From an uncultured Candidatus Rokubacteria bacterium (lineage in GTDB: Bacteria > Methylomirabilota > Methylomirabilia > Rokubacteriales > CSP1-6): a stretch of 64,000 nt of DNA. Each line of letters begins with the position of its first letter. Position 1 is the stretch's first letter. The stretch is from contig CAVVEU010000008.1 in the NCBI GenBank assembly GCA_963747235.1, positions 608,001 through 672,000 on the forward strand, in the 5' to 3' direction. Below are positions 47,560 to 56,966 of this stretch, in pieces. Made by a program: the position numbers and the translations under genes. Under the pieces are notes generated by a model that worked only from the letters and a program-made list of their open reading frames with translations, did not search any database and was not told where the DNA came from.

Positions 47560-48302
47560 CGACCTACCAGGCCGTCCTCTTCGATCTGTTCGACACCCTG
47601 GTGCTCTTCCACCGGGAGCGCCTGCCGGAGATCCACGTCAACGGGCGGACCGTCCGGAGCACCGCCGGCTACCTGCACGCCGCGTTCCGGCCTTTCGCGC
47701 CGCACGTGGAGCTGCCCGCCTTCATGGACGCGCTCTTCTGGAGCTGGCAGGAGGCCGAGCGCATTCGCGCAGAGGCCCATCGAGAAGTCACGGCCCCGGA
47801 GCGGTTCGGGATGCTGTTCGGGCGCCTCGAGCTCGAGCCGTCCGTGGAGGCGCGCGATCTGCTGCTCGCCACCCACATGCGCGAGCTGTCCAAGGTGGTC
47901 GAGTGCCCCGAGCACCACGCCCCGCTGCTCAAGGCGCTCCGCGAGCGGTACCGGCTCGCGGTGGTCTCGAACTTCGACTACTCGCCCACCTGCCTGGCCA
48001 TCCTCGAGCGCGAGGGCATCGCCGATCTCTTCGAGACCATCGTGATCTCGGACGAGGTGGGCTGGCGCAAGCCCAAGCCGGTCATCTTCGAGACCGCGCT
48101 CGACCGGATGAAGTCGCTCCGCCCCGCCGACGCCCTCTTCGTGGGGGACCGTGCCGACATCGACGTGATCGGCGCCCGGGGGGTGGGCATGCCGACCGCC
48201 TGGATCAACCGGGAGGCCGAGCGCCTCCCCACCGACATTCAACCGCCCGACTTCGAGATCCGCGACCTGGCGGACCTCCGGGCGATTCTTCGCATCCCGT
48301 AG
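47517..48302 (+). CDS. HAD family hydrolase; first 14 aa are encoded by the repeat
   Basis: LFDLFDTL, VSNF, RKP..IF and FVGD...D..GA motifs. Confidence 0.88.
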   Translation: MIGEAQPKASRADTSTYQAVLFDLFDTLVLFHRERLPEIHVNGRTVRSTAGYLHAAFRPFAPHVELPAFMDALFWSWQEAERIRAEAHREVTAPERFGMLFGRLELEPSVEARDLLLATHMRELSKVVECPEHHAPLLKALRERYRLAVVSNFDYSPTCLAILEREGIADLFETIVISDEVGWRKPKPVIFETALDRMKSLRPADALFVGDRADIDVIGARGVGMPTAWINREAERLPTDIQPPDFEIRDLADLRAILRIP

Positions 48303-48347
48303 ACCGCTCCGCGCATCTCAAGGCGCGAGACGAACAAGGAGGACGAC

Positions 48348-49286
48348 GTGGCCACGACACGCAAGGTGATCATCATCGGATCGGGACCATCCGGCTATAC
48401 CGCGGCCATTTACGCGGCACGCGCCAACCTGTCGCCGGTCATGTTCACCGGCATCCAGGCCGGGGGCCAGCTCATGCTGACGACCCTGGTCGAGAACTAT
48501 CCCGGCTTCGTGGACGGCATCGACGGGCCGCCGCTGATGGAGACGTTCCAGAAGCAGGCGGAGCGCTTCGGCACCGAGATGATCGCCGACGACGTGACCG
48601 AGGTGGACTTTCGCAGCCGGCCCTTCAAGGTCACCGGCGGCGACGTCACCATGGAGGCGCATACCGTCATCGTGGCCACCGGGGCCTCCGCCAAGCTGCT
48701 CGGCCTGCCCAACGAGGCCAAGCTGATGGGGCGGGGGGTGTCGACCTGCGCCACCTGCGATGGGTTCTTCTTCAAGGACCAGAACATCATGGTGGTGGGA
48801 GGCGGAGACTCGGCCCTGGAGGAGGCGCTCTACCTGTCTCGCCTCGGCCGAAAGGTCGATGTCGTGCACCGGCGCGAGGCCCTGCGCGGGTCGAAGATCA
48901 TGCAGGAGCGCGCGTTCAAGAACTCCAAGATCACGTTCCTCTGGAACACGGTGGTGGAGGACGTGCTGGATCCCGACAAGGGCAAGGTCACCACGGTGCG
49001 GCTGCAGAACATCAAGACCGGCGCCCGCTCCGAGTCCCAGGTGGACGGCCTCTTCGTGGCGATCGGCCACCAGCCGAATACCGCGCTCTTCAAGGGCCAG
49101 CTCGATCTGCACCCGAACGAGTACATCAAGGTGACGCCGGGGACCACGCAGACGTCGGTGGCGGGTGTGTTCGCGGCCGGCGACGTCCAGGACTTCACCT
49201 ACCGCCAGGCGGTCACCGCGGCGGGCACCGGGTGCATGGCGGCCCTCGAGGCCGAGCGGTATCTGGAGGCCAACGGGCTCGAATAG
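48348..49286 (+). CDS. trxB: Thioredoxin-disulfide reductase
   Basis: GSGPSG, CATCDG, GGGDSALEE and FAAGDV motifs. Confidence 0.96.
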   Translation: MATTRKVIIIGSGPSGYTAAIYAARANLSPVMFTGIQAGGQLMLTTLVENYPGFVDGIDGPPLMETFQKQAERFGTEMIADDVTEVDFRSRPFKVTGGDVTMEAHTVIVATGASAKLLGLPNEAKLMGRGVSTCATCDGFFFKDQNIMVVGGGDSALEEALYLSRLGRKVDVVHRREALRGSKIMQERAFKNSKITFLWNTVVEDVLDPDKGKVTTVRLQNIKTGARSESQVDGLFVAIGHQPNTALFKGQLDLHPNEYIKVTPGTTQTSVAGVFAAGDVQDFTYRQAVTAAGTGCMAALEAERYLEANGLE

Positions 49287-49293
49287 CAGGGCC

Positions 49294-49344
49294 GCAGGGC
49301 GAGGCGCAGCCGAAGGCGAGCCGAGCGGATAAATAAGGAAGCTT
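49294..49344 (+). repeat. Family A repeat just after the trxB stop
   Basis: GCAGGGCGAGGCGCAGCCGAAGGCGAGCCGAGCGGATAAATAAGGAAGCT. Confidence 0.92.
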
Positions 49345-49348
49345 CCCG

Positions 49349-49661
49349 CTATTTGCCCGCCGCGGCACCCGGCACTGGCTCCGGGAGCCGCGGTCCGTCC
49401 CGTCCGGCCGCCTCGAGGCATCCGAGTATCCGGTCGCGCTCGTTCAGCGCCACGTAGGTGAACCGGATCCGTCCGTCGGTATCCACCCGATCGAGCTTGA
49501 CGTCGCGCAGCCCCTTCGACGCACTGCCGCCAGCGTCGGTTGGCGAGTTCCTGCTCCGGCGTGTCCCGGAAGTACTCGCAGCCCGTCGCGGTCGCCGCGA
49601 CCGCGAGGAGTGCTGCCGCGGCTGCTGGCGAGCCGAGAACGTCGCGCACCCCGATGCGCAT
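49349..49661 (-). CDS. Small hypothetical lipoprotein (~103 aa; apparent +1 frameshift in a G run near 49512)
   Basis: MRIG...AATATGC lipobox; corrected frame continues LRDVKLDRVDTDGRIRFTY...CLE...AGK-stop. Confidence 0.55.
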
Positions 49662-49663
49662 GA

Positions 49664-49715
49664 TACCGGACGCTTCTTTACTTATCCGTTCGGCTTGCCT
49701 TCGGCTCACCTCACC
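49664..49715 (-). repeat. Degenerate family A copy on the minus strand containing the mscL stop codon
   Basis: Reverse complement reads GGTGAGGTGAGCCGAAGGCAAGCCGAACGGATAAGTAAAGAAGCGTCCGGTA. Confidence 0.75.
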
Positions 49716-50140
49716 GAGCGAAGCCTCAGCAGGTCTCGGATCTCGCCCAGCAGCTTGACCTCGGCGGTGGGCTCGGGGGGGGCGGCGGGCGCGGCCTCTT
49801 CCTGGCGCCGGAGCCGGTTGAGCATCTTCACGACGAAGAACAGGGCCCCCGAGACGATCAGGAAGGAGATGACCGCGTTGATCAGGAGGCCCACGGCCAG
49901 GACCACCGCGCCCCCGTCGCGGGCCGCCTTCACCGACGCGTAGGTGGCGCCGCTCGGATTGCGCAGCACCATGTACAGGTTGCTGAAGTCGGGGCTGCCG
50001 ATGATGCCCGAGATCAGCGGCATCAGGACGTCGTTGACCAGCGAGGTGACCACCGTCCCGAAGGCCGCGCCGATGATGATGCCGACGGCCATGTCCATCA
50101 TGTTGCCCTTGATCGCGAACTCCTTGAACTCCTTCAGCAT
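49706..50140 (-). CDS. mscL: Large-conductance mechanosensitive channel
   Basis: EFKEFAIKGN..DMAVGIIIGAAF and LL.EIRDLL motifs. Confidence 0.96.
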   Translation of the reverse strand: MLKEFKEFAIKGNMMDMAVGIIIGAAFGTVVTSLVNDVLMPLISGIIGSPDFSNLYMVLRNPSGATYASVKAARDGGAVVLAVGLLINAVISFLIVSGALFFVVKMLNRLRRQEEAAPAAPPEPTAEVKLLGEIRDLLRLRSVR

Positions 50141-50165
50141 GTGCTCGTCTCCTCCTCGTTGAGGC

Positions 50166-50945
50166 TCAGTTGCCGACGTGGACCGGAGCGCCCAGCTCCC
50201 GCAGCATCGCGATCGCGGACATGTACGAGAGCCGGCCGGTCCGCGGGTTCTCCGACGGGACGTTCTCGACCTCGATGCGCAGGGTGCCGAACTCGCCCTC
50301 GACCGTGATCCGATGCTGGTTGCGTGCCTGGCCCGGCACCGCGTAGAGCTTGATCCGGGTGAGCGTTGGCCCGATGCCGGCCAGGGACAGGGCGGCCACC
50401 ACGTTGACGTTGGCCGGGAACGCCTTGACCGCGTCGGTGGCCGGCCCCTCGAAGATCAGCGTCTCGGTGGTGATGGCGTCGAGATCGATGCGGTGCTGCT
50501 CGATGTAGGGCGCGCCCGCTAGCCCGTGCGGCGGCTTCCGCGTCTCCATGGTGACGGAGGTGATCGCGCCTTCGCGCGCGCCCTTCACCCCGTCGAGGCC
50601 CGCGATCGCGCCGGACGGTACCAGGATGCGGCACCCGTGCTTCTCGGCCAGTTGCGCCCACTCGTCCAGCACGCCAACCAGGGCGCCGACCGAGAGCACC
50701 ATCAGGTGTTTGCCGGCCGCGAGCACCGCGGGGCCGAACTCGCGCAGCGAGGCCTGGGTGGCGGCCTCCACGATCAGGTCCGCGCGCTCGATCAGCGTCG
50801 GCAGCGGCAACAGGGGGTAGCCGCCGGCGGTCGCCGCATCCCGCACGCTCACGCCCACCAGGACGGTCCCGGGAATGCCGCGCGTCACCGCCTCCGCGAC
50901 GCGGTGCCCGATGACACCCATGCCGACGATTCCGATCTTGAGCAT
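50166..50945 (-). CDS. nadX: L-aspartate dehydrogenase (NadX family)
   Basis: G.G.IG, VEAA, LSVGAL, PSGAIAGLD, RKPP, FPANVNV.A and NPRTG motifs. Confidence 0.85.
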   Translation of the reverse strand: MLKIGIVGMGVIGHRVAEAVTRGIPGTVLVGVSVRDAATAGGYPLLPLPTLIERADLIVEAATQASLREFGPAVLAAGKHLMVLSVGALVGVLDEWAQLAEKHGCRILVPSGAIAGLDGVKGAREGAITSVTMETRKPPHGLAGAPYIEQHRIDLDAITTETLIFEGPATDAVKAFPANVNVVAALSLAGIGPTLTRIKLYAVPGQARNQHRITVEGEFGTLRIEVENVPSENPRTGRLSYMSAIAMLRELGAPVHVGN

Positions 50946-51053
50946 GACGCGGCGTCCCTTTCCCTTCGGAGAGTGCGGCCCCGATCTGAGAGTGCGGGGA
51001 TGATAGCAGCCGCCCACCGACGGCCACAAGGGACGTGCTAGAATCAGCGGCGG

Positions 51054-51938
51054 ATGCGTTCTTCGCCCCGGCTCCAGGAGCCGCTCGACCGGCTCTACCG
51101 CGAGTTCGACTGGGCGGCCCGCGCCGACCTGGACGCCATCCGTTTCCCGATGCGCTATGCCGCCCCGGCCGACCGCGAGGTGGTCGCGCTGCTCTCCACG
51201 TGCATGGCCTATGGCCGCGTGGATCTCTTCGGGCCCTGGGTCGACTGGGCCCTCGCCCGCATGGGGGAGTCGCCCGCCCGCTTCATCCTGGGCTTCGATC
51301 CGGCCAAGCACGCCGCGCGCTTCGAGGGGTTCCGCTACCGGTTCAATCGCCCGCGTGACGTCGCCGCCTTCTGCCTGGCCACCCAGCGTGTCCTGATCCG
51401 CCACGGCTCGCTCGGCGCCTCCTTCCGCGCCGGCTTCTCCCCGGAGGATCCGCACGTGGGCCCCGCGCTCGAGCGCTTCGTCGGCGAGTTCCTCGCCCAG
51501 GATCTCTCGGCGGTGTTCCCGCGCAACCGGCTGTCGTACGGCTTCCGGCACTGGTTCCCGCGGCCGTCCACCGGCGGGCCGTGCAAGCGCCTGCATCTCT
51601 TCCTGCGCTGGATGGTGCGTCGCGAGCCGCCGGACTTCGGCCTCTGGACGGACGTCCCGCCGGCCGCGCTGCTGATCCCGGTGGACACGCACATCGAGAA
51701 CATGGCGCGGTCGCTCGGGCTCACGCGCCGGCGCAGCCGGAACTGGAAGATGGCGGAGGAGATCACGTCCGGACTGCGCTTGCTCGATCCGGCCGATCCG
51801 GTGAAGTACGACTTCTCGCTCTGCCACACCCGGATGTCGGGGCAGTGCCTCGACCGGCGGGTCGAGGCGGTGTGCGCGCCCTGCGGGCTCCGGCCGGTGT
51901 GCCGTCACTGGCGCGGCCGGCGTGGAGGCCGCGCGTGA
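51054..51938 (+). CDS. TIGR02757/DUF2400 family protein
   Basis: AYGRV, CKRLHLFLRWMVR, D.GLW, IPVDTH and DPVKYDF motifs. Confidence 0.85.
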   Translation: MRSSPRLQEPLDRLYREFDWAARADLDAIRFPMRYAAPADREVVALLSTCMAYGRVDLFGPWVDWALARMGESPARFILGFDPAKHAARFEGFRYRFNRPRDVAAFCLATQRVLIRHGSLGASFRAGFSPEDPHVGPALERFVGEFLAQDLSAVFPRNRLSYGFRHWFPRPSTGGPCKRLHLFLRWMVRREPPDFGLWTDVPPAALLIPVDTHIENMARSLGLTRRRSRNWKMAEEITSGLRLLDPADPVKYDFSLCHTRMSGQCLDRRVEAVCAPCGLRPVCRHWRGRRGGRA

Positions 51939-53038
51939 GCGCCGCCTGGCCGTGGGTCGTCGTCGTGGTCCTCGCGATCCTGGTAGGGGTCACCGCGCTG
52001 GCCCTGTGGCGGGCGGTGGCGCGGCTCGGGGCCCTCGAGGCGGCGCGCCAGCAGCCGGACCAGGCCCTGCTGCTCCTGCAGCGCGACATCCAGACCGCGC
52101 GCACCGAGGCCCACCAGGCCCGGAGCGAGACGCTGGCCACCGTGAAGGAGGAATTGCACCAGTTCGCGAGCCGGATGACGGCGGAGATGGGGCAGGTGGG
52201 CAGCGGGGTGCAGCAGCAGCTCCAGCACGTGGGGCAGGTGGTGGGCGCGGTGCAGGGTAGCCTCGGCAAGCTCGGCGAGGTGACCCAGCGCGTCTTCGAC
52301 GTGGGGCGCGACATCGCGGGCCTCGAGCAATTGCTCAAGTCGCCGAAGATCCGGGGCGGGGTCGGCGAGACCCTGCTGGAGAACCTGCTGGCCCAGATGC
52401 TGCCGCGCGAGCAGTACATGCTGCAGCACGCGTTCGCCACCGGGGACCGCGTCGACGCGGCCATCCGCATCGGCGAGCGGCTCGTGCCGGTGGACGCCAA
52501 GTTCCCGCTCGAGGGCTTCCGCCGCATCCTGGACGAGACCGACGAGGAGCGGCGGCCCGCCCTGCGCCGCGCGTTCCTGCGCGACGTCAAGAACCGGGTG
52601 GACGAGATCGCCAAGAAGTACATCCTGCCGGACGAGGGCACGTTCGACTTCGCCCTGATGTACATCCCGGCCGAGAACATCTACTACGAGATCATCGTGA
52701 AGGAGGACAGCGAGGAGGAGCCCCCCGCGGCCTACGCCCTGGGGCGCCGGGTGGTGCCGGTCTCGCCCAACACCTTCTATGCCTACCTGCGGGTGATCGT
52801 GATGGGCCTCCGGGGCCTCCGGATCGAGCGCGATGCCCAGGAGATCCAGGCCCGGCTGGGCCGCCTGCGGGGCGACCTGGACAAGTTCCGGGAGTCCTTC
52901 GACGTGGTCGGCCGGCACCTGACCAATGCCCGGAACAAGTATGACGACGCGGCCTCCGGGCTGGGGCGGCTCGAGGGCAAGATGGAGGGGATCGAGCGCG
53001 ATGGCGACCAGGGGGCGCTGCCCGGAATCGGCGCGTGA
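51935..53038 (+). CDS. rmuC: DNA recombination protein RmuC
   Basis: N-terminal TM plus coiled coil; K.RG..GE..LE, PVDAKFP, KYI and FALMYIP.E motifs. Confidence 0.9.
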   Translation: MSAAWPWVVVVVLAILVGVTALALWRAVARLGALEAARQQPDQALLLLQRDIQTARTEAHQARSETLATVKEELHQFASRMTAEMGQVGSGVQQQLQHVGQVVGAVQGSLGKLGEVTQRVFDVGRDIAGLEQLLKSPKIRGGVGETLLENLLAQMLPREQYMLQHAFATGDRVDAAIRIGERLVPVDAKFPLEGFRRILDETDEERRPALRRAFLRDVKNRVDEIAKKYILPDEGTFDFALMYIPAENIYYEIIVKEDSEEEPPAAYALGRRVVPVSPNTFYAYLRVIVMGLRGLRIERDAQEIQARLGRLRGDLDKFRESFDVVGRHLTNARNKYDDAASGLGRLEGKMEGIERDGDQGALPGIGA

Positions 53039-53124
53039 TCAGGCACTTGGCCGAGCCCGCCCCCTGGCCATTCGGGAACAATCGCCTGTGGTAGTATCGA
53101 AGAAATCCACCATCAGAGGGATCC

Positions 53125-53427
53125 ATGCCTGATATCCAGTTCCAGGTGTACGGCATCAACCTCCTCGTGCGGCTCATGGTCGAGCCCCCCGCGGATGTGC
53201 GCGTGCACTGTCCGAAGGGCTCGCCGATCCGCTACGGCGAGGTGGTGGGCCGCGGCGACGGCTTCGACGAGGGGGCCAATGCCTTCCGCGACATGCCGCC
53301 GATCCGCTCGGTGGTGGCCTTCGAGGAGAACCCCGAAGAGGTGGAAGGGCACTACTTCTACATCGCCGGGGAAGAGCATCGCGTGATCCGGCTCGACGCG
53401 ATCATCCTCTCGTTCCCGCTGGAATAG
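53125..53427 (+). CDS. Hypothetical protein (100 aa, acidic, beta-rich)
   Basis: GAGGGA RBS, typical codon usage, upstream TGgTAGTAT -10. Confidence 0.65.
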   Translation: MPDIQFQVYGINLLVRLMVEPPADVRVHCPKGSPIRYGEVVGRGDGFDEGANAFRDMPPIRSVVAFEENPEEVEGHYFYIAGEEHRVIRLDAIILSFPLE

Positions 53428-53442
53428 GCGCCCGCTCTCGCT

Positions 53443-54675
53443 GTGACCGCGCTGTCGCAAGTCCTCCGCAAGATCGACGCGGACGAGGTCGTGGAGCTGA
53501 CCCGCTCGCTCGTCCGCATCCCCAGCGTCTATCGCCCCGGCGACCCCGAAGCGACCGAGGCCCGCGTGGCCGCCTTCGTCGAGGCCTGGATGCGGCGCGA
53601 GGGCTTCCAGGTGGAGGTGCAGCAGGTCGCCCCCGGCCGTCCGAACATCATCGGCTGGCTCGGCGAGAAGCGCCCCGGGGGCAAGAGCCTGCTGCTCGAG
53701 GGGCACACCGACGTGGTGACCGAGGGCGATCCGGCCGAGTGGTCGCACCCGCCGTTCGGCGCCGACATGGTGGACGGTCGCATCTACGGCCGCGGCACCG
53801 CCGACATGAAGAGCGGGCTGGCCGCGGCCATGGTCGCGGCCGCCGCGTTCAAGCGGGCCGGCGTCGCGCTGCGGGGCAAGCTGGTCGTCGGCGCCCTGGT
53901 GGACGAGGAGGACGGCATGATCGGCGTCCGCCACCTCTGCGGCACCGCGGTGGGCCGCGAGCTGGACGCCGCCATCATCTGCGAGCCGGAGGAGAACGAG
54001 CTCTGCCTCGAGCAGCGCGGCGTGGTCTGGGCGCGCTTCCGCGTGCGCGGCAAGATGGCGCACGGGGCCATGCCCCAGGCGGGCGTGAATCCGATCACCG
54101 GCCTCGGGCGACTGCTGGCCGCGGCGCCCGGCCTCGAGCGACGGCTGCGGAAGGCCTGCGAGAAGAGCCGCTATCTCAAGCCGCCGACCGTGACGCCGAC
54201 CATCATCCAGGGGCCGCCGCCCGGCGTGGGCGTGCCGCAATCGAACGTCATCCCCGCGCTGGCCGAGACCACGTTCGACATCCGGCTGACCCCGGGCATC
54301 GGCGCGGACGGCATCCGCGCCGAGCTGGAGGCGATCTGCCGCGACGCGGCGGCCGCCCAGCCCGGGATCAAGGTGGAGTGGGAGCCGGTCAACGCCTTCC
54401 GCCTGGCCACCAAGGTGGACCGCTCCGAGGCCCTGGTGGCGGCGATGGTCCGCGGGGTGAAGCAGGCGACGCGCCGGGCCGCGAAGTACGGCGGAGTGCC
54501 GGGCTCGACGGATGGCACGATCCTCCGGATGGAGCTGGGCATTCCGATCGTCACCTGTGGGCCCGGGGACCGGCTGATTCCCCACCAGGTCGACGAGTTC
54601 GTCCGAGCCGAAGAAGTGGTCGAGGCGGCGAAGATTTACGCCGCATCGGCTCTGAACTATCTCGAAGCCGAGTGA
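53443..54675 (+). CDS. M20 family metallopeptidase (ArgE/DapE-like)
   Basis: GHTDVV, GRG.ADMK, VDEE, CEP, AHGA.P and H..DE motifs. Confidence 0.88.
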   Translation: MTALSQVLRKIDADEVVELTRSLVRIPSVYRPGDPEATEARVAAFVEAWMRREGFQVEVQQVAPGRPNIIGWLGEKRPGGKSLLLEGHTDVVTEGDPAEWSHPPFGADMVDGRIYGRGTADMKSGLAAAMVAAAAFKRAGVALRGKLVVGALVDEEDGMIGVRHLCGTAVGRELDAAIICEPEENELCLEQRGVVWARFRVRGKMAHGAMPQAGVNPITGLGRLLAAAPGLERRLRKACEKSRYLKPPTVTPTIIQGPPPGVGVPQSNVIPALAETTFDIRLTPGIGADGIRAELEAICRDAAAAQPGIKVEWEPVNAFRLATKVDRSEALVAAMVRGVKQATRRAAKYGGVPGSTDGTILRMELGIPIVTCGPGDRLIPHQVDEFVRAEEVVEAAKIYAASALNYLEAE

Positions 54676-55929
54676 CCCCCGCCGGCAACCCGAGGCTCCG
54701 GGCCCTCGAGGCCTTCCCGGTCGAGCAGCAAGGGCAGCGCTGCGTGGCCCTGCGAGATCCCGCCGGCTTCACCGATCAGATCGCCGTGCTCCCGCCGCCC
54801 CTGCTGGATCTGGTGTCGCTCTTCGATGGGGAGCATTCGATCGAGGAGATCCGGGAGATCCTGCAGCGCCGACACGGCAAGGCGCCCACCCTCAAGCGCA
54901 TCACCGACGTCGTCGAGCGATTCGATGCCGCGGGGTTCCTCGACAGCGAGCGGTTCCGGCAGCGGCGCCGGGCGCTCGAGGACGCCTTCCGGCAGAACCC
55001 GGTGCGCCCCGCCGCTCACGCGGGCGGCGCCTACGCGGGCGACGCGGCGGAGCTCCGGGCGCAGATCGACGGGTTCTTCTCCGGCCCTGACGGGCCGGAT
55101 TGCGAGAGCCCAGAAATGGCCCCCGCACTCCCCCAGTCCGCGGCCAACCGATCCAGTCTTTCCGCCTTGGTTGCTCCGCATATAGATTTTCACCGCGGGG
55201 GCTCGACCTACGCGTGGGCGTACCGCGAGATTCTCGAGCGGTCGGACGCGGACCTCTACGTCGTGCTGGGCACCTGTCACGCGGGCATGCCGGATCCGTT
55301 CGCGGTGACCCTCAAGCCCTACGAGACGCCGCTCGGCCCCGTCCCGGTGGACCGCGAGTTCTACGAGGCGCTCGACCGGCGGGCCGGGCAGGACCTGCTG
55401 GCCTCCGAGCCGGCGCACCGCGCGGAGCACTCGATCGAGTTCCAGGCCGTGATGCTCCAGCACATCGTGGGCGCCCCGCCGCCCGTTCGCCATCCTGCCC
55501 GTGCTCGCCTCGTACCTGCACGAATCGCTGGGGCGCGGCGGCGATCCCGAGGCGGATCCGCGCATCCCGCGCTTCCTGGACGCGCTGCGGGAGACGATGG
55601 CGGCGTCCTCGCGCCGGGTGTGCCTGGTCGCGGGCGTGGACCTGGCCCACGTGGGCCCCCGGTTCGGCGATCGCGAGCCCAATAGCGCCGCGTCGCTCGC
55701 GCGGGTCGAGCGGGACGATCGCGCCATGCTGGAGTCGGTGGTGGGGGTGGACCCGCGCGGCTTCTACGCGGGGATCGCCGCCGACCACGACGCCCGCCGC
55801 ATCTGCGGCCTCTCGCCGATCTACACGCTGCTGCGGCTCCTGCCGGAGGCCCCGGGCCGCCTGGTGCGCTACACGCAGTGGCCGGACCCGCAGGGCGCGG
55901 TGACCTTCTGCGCGGTGACCTTCCCGTGA
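54672..55929 (+). CDS. MEMO1 / AmmeMemoRadiSam protein B family with N-terminal extension (apparent frameshift near 55470; contains a family B repeat)
   Basis: RPAAHAG..Y, APHID, LGTCH, EHSIEFQ, DLAHVGPRFGD and ICG motifs. Confidence 0.85.
55101..55150 (+). repeat. Family B repeat in frame in the MEMO gene (CESPEMAPALPQSAANR)
   Basis: TGCGAGAGCCCAGAAATGGCCCCCGCACTCCCCCAGTCCGCGGCCAACCG. Confidence 0.88.
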
Positions 55930-56394
55930 GCCCGGGCCCCACGCCCGATCCCTCGACCTGGACCCTGCCGAAGCTGCGCATCGATCGCGACGGCCTGTGG
56001 TTCCACGACGACGCCGAGGTCACGCACCCGGGCATCATCGCCAACCTGCGCGAGAACCTCCGGGTGGACGAGCGCGGTCACCATCTGCAGATCGGGCCCG
56101 CGCGGGTGCCGGTGGAGGTGGAGGACGCGCCGTACGTCGTCGAGCGCGTGGAGGCGCAGGGTGAGGGGCTCACGGCCACGCTCAACGACCTGACGCCGGG
56201 AGCCGGTGGCGCTCGACACGCTCCGGGTGGACGAGCGGGGCATCCCGCGCTGCCGGGTGAAGGAGGGCCGCTTCGCCGCGCGGCTGAGCCGGGCCGCGAC
56301 CTATCAGCTCCTCCAGCACGTGCAGCCCGACGAGGGGGCCGGCCGGTCCAGCCTCGTGCTGGGCGGGCGCCGCTACCCGGTGCCGGGCCTCTAG
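55926..56394 (+). CDS. DUF1285-like protein (apparent frameshift near 56197)
   Basis: RIDRDG.WFH, V.VEDAP.V, then shifted C.VK.GRF.ARL.R..YQL. Confidence 0.65.
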
Positions 56395-56966
56395 GGAGCG
56401 GGCTCCGGCCCGGGCGGGTAGGCGGAGAGCCCGCGCAGCCCCGCCTCGTCGCCCGCCTCGATCAGCCGGTGCAGCGGGCCGTTCTCCCGCCAGGCCTGGC
56501 AGGTGTTGACGAACCACGGGGCGCCCTCGGCGGGGCGCTCGTAATCCGCGAAGGCGACGCCGGCCCCCTGCCGCACCGCCGGGGCCACCGCGTGGATCAA
56601 CGCGGTGAAGTGGGCGCAGCCGCGCTGCCGGCCGAAGCGCTCGTTGATCTCCCGCGTGAAGCCGCGCGAGATGGACAGGCCCACGAGCTGCTGGAGGGGC
56701 GGCAGGGCGTCCGGGCAGATCGTGTACGGATGCGAGGCCATCTCGCTGCGCGCCTCCGTGATGACCAGATCGGGATGGCGCACGCGCAGGCCGAGCCGCA
56801 TGTCGTGGATCACGCGCGGCGGCTCGGCGCCGAACCAGCGTGGGTTGTCGCGCGGCCGCTCGTCCACGAGCGTCGCGGTGATGTCGAGCTCGTGCTCGCC
56901 CGCCCGCGCGACCTCGATGCGGATGGTCCTCACGTGCACCGGCGGGATCTTCGTCTTCTCGGTCAT
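56391..56966 (-). CDS. DUF2889 family protein
   Basis: H.RTI, IHDM.L, HPY..C, GL.I..GF, GC.H and NTC..W motifs. Confidence 0.75.
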   Translation of the reverse strand: MTEKTKIPPVHVRTIRIEVARAGEHELDITATLVDERPRDNPRWFGAEPPRVIHDMRLGLRVRHPDLVITEARSEMASHPYTICPDALPPLQQLVGLSISRGFTREINERFGRQRGCAHFTALIHAVAPAVRQGAGVAFADYERPAEGAPWFVNTCQAWRENGPLHRLIEAGDEAGLRGLSAYPPGPEPAP

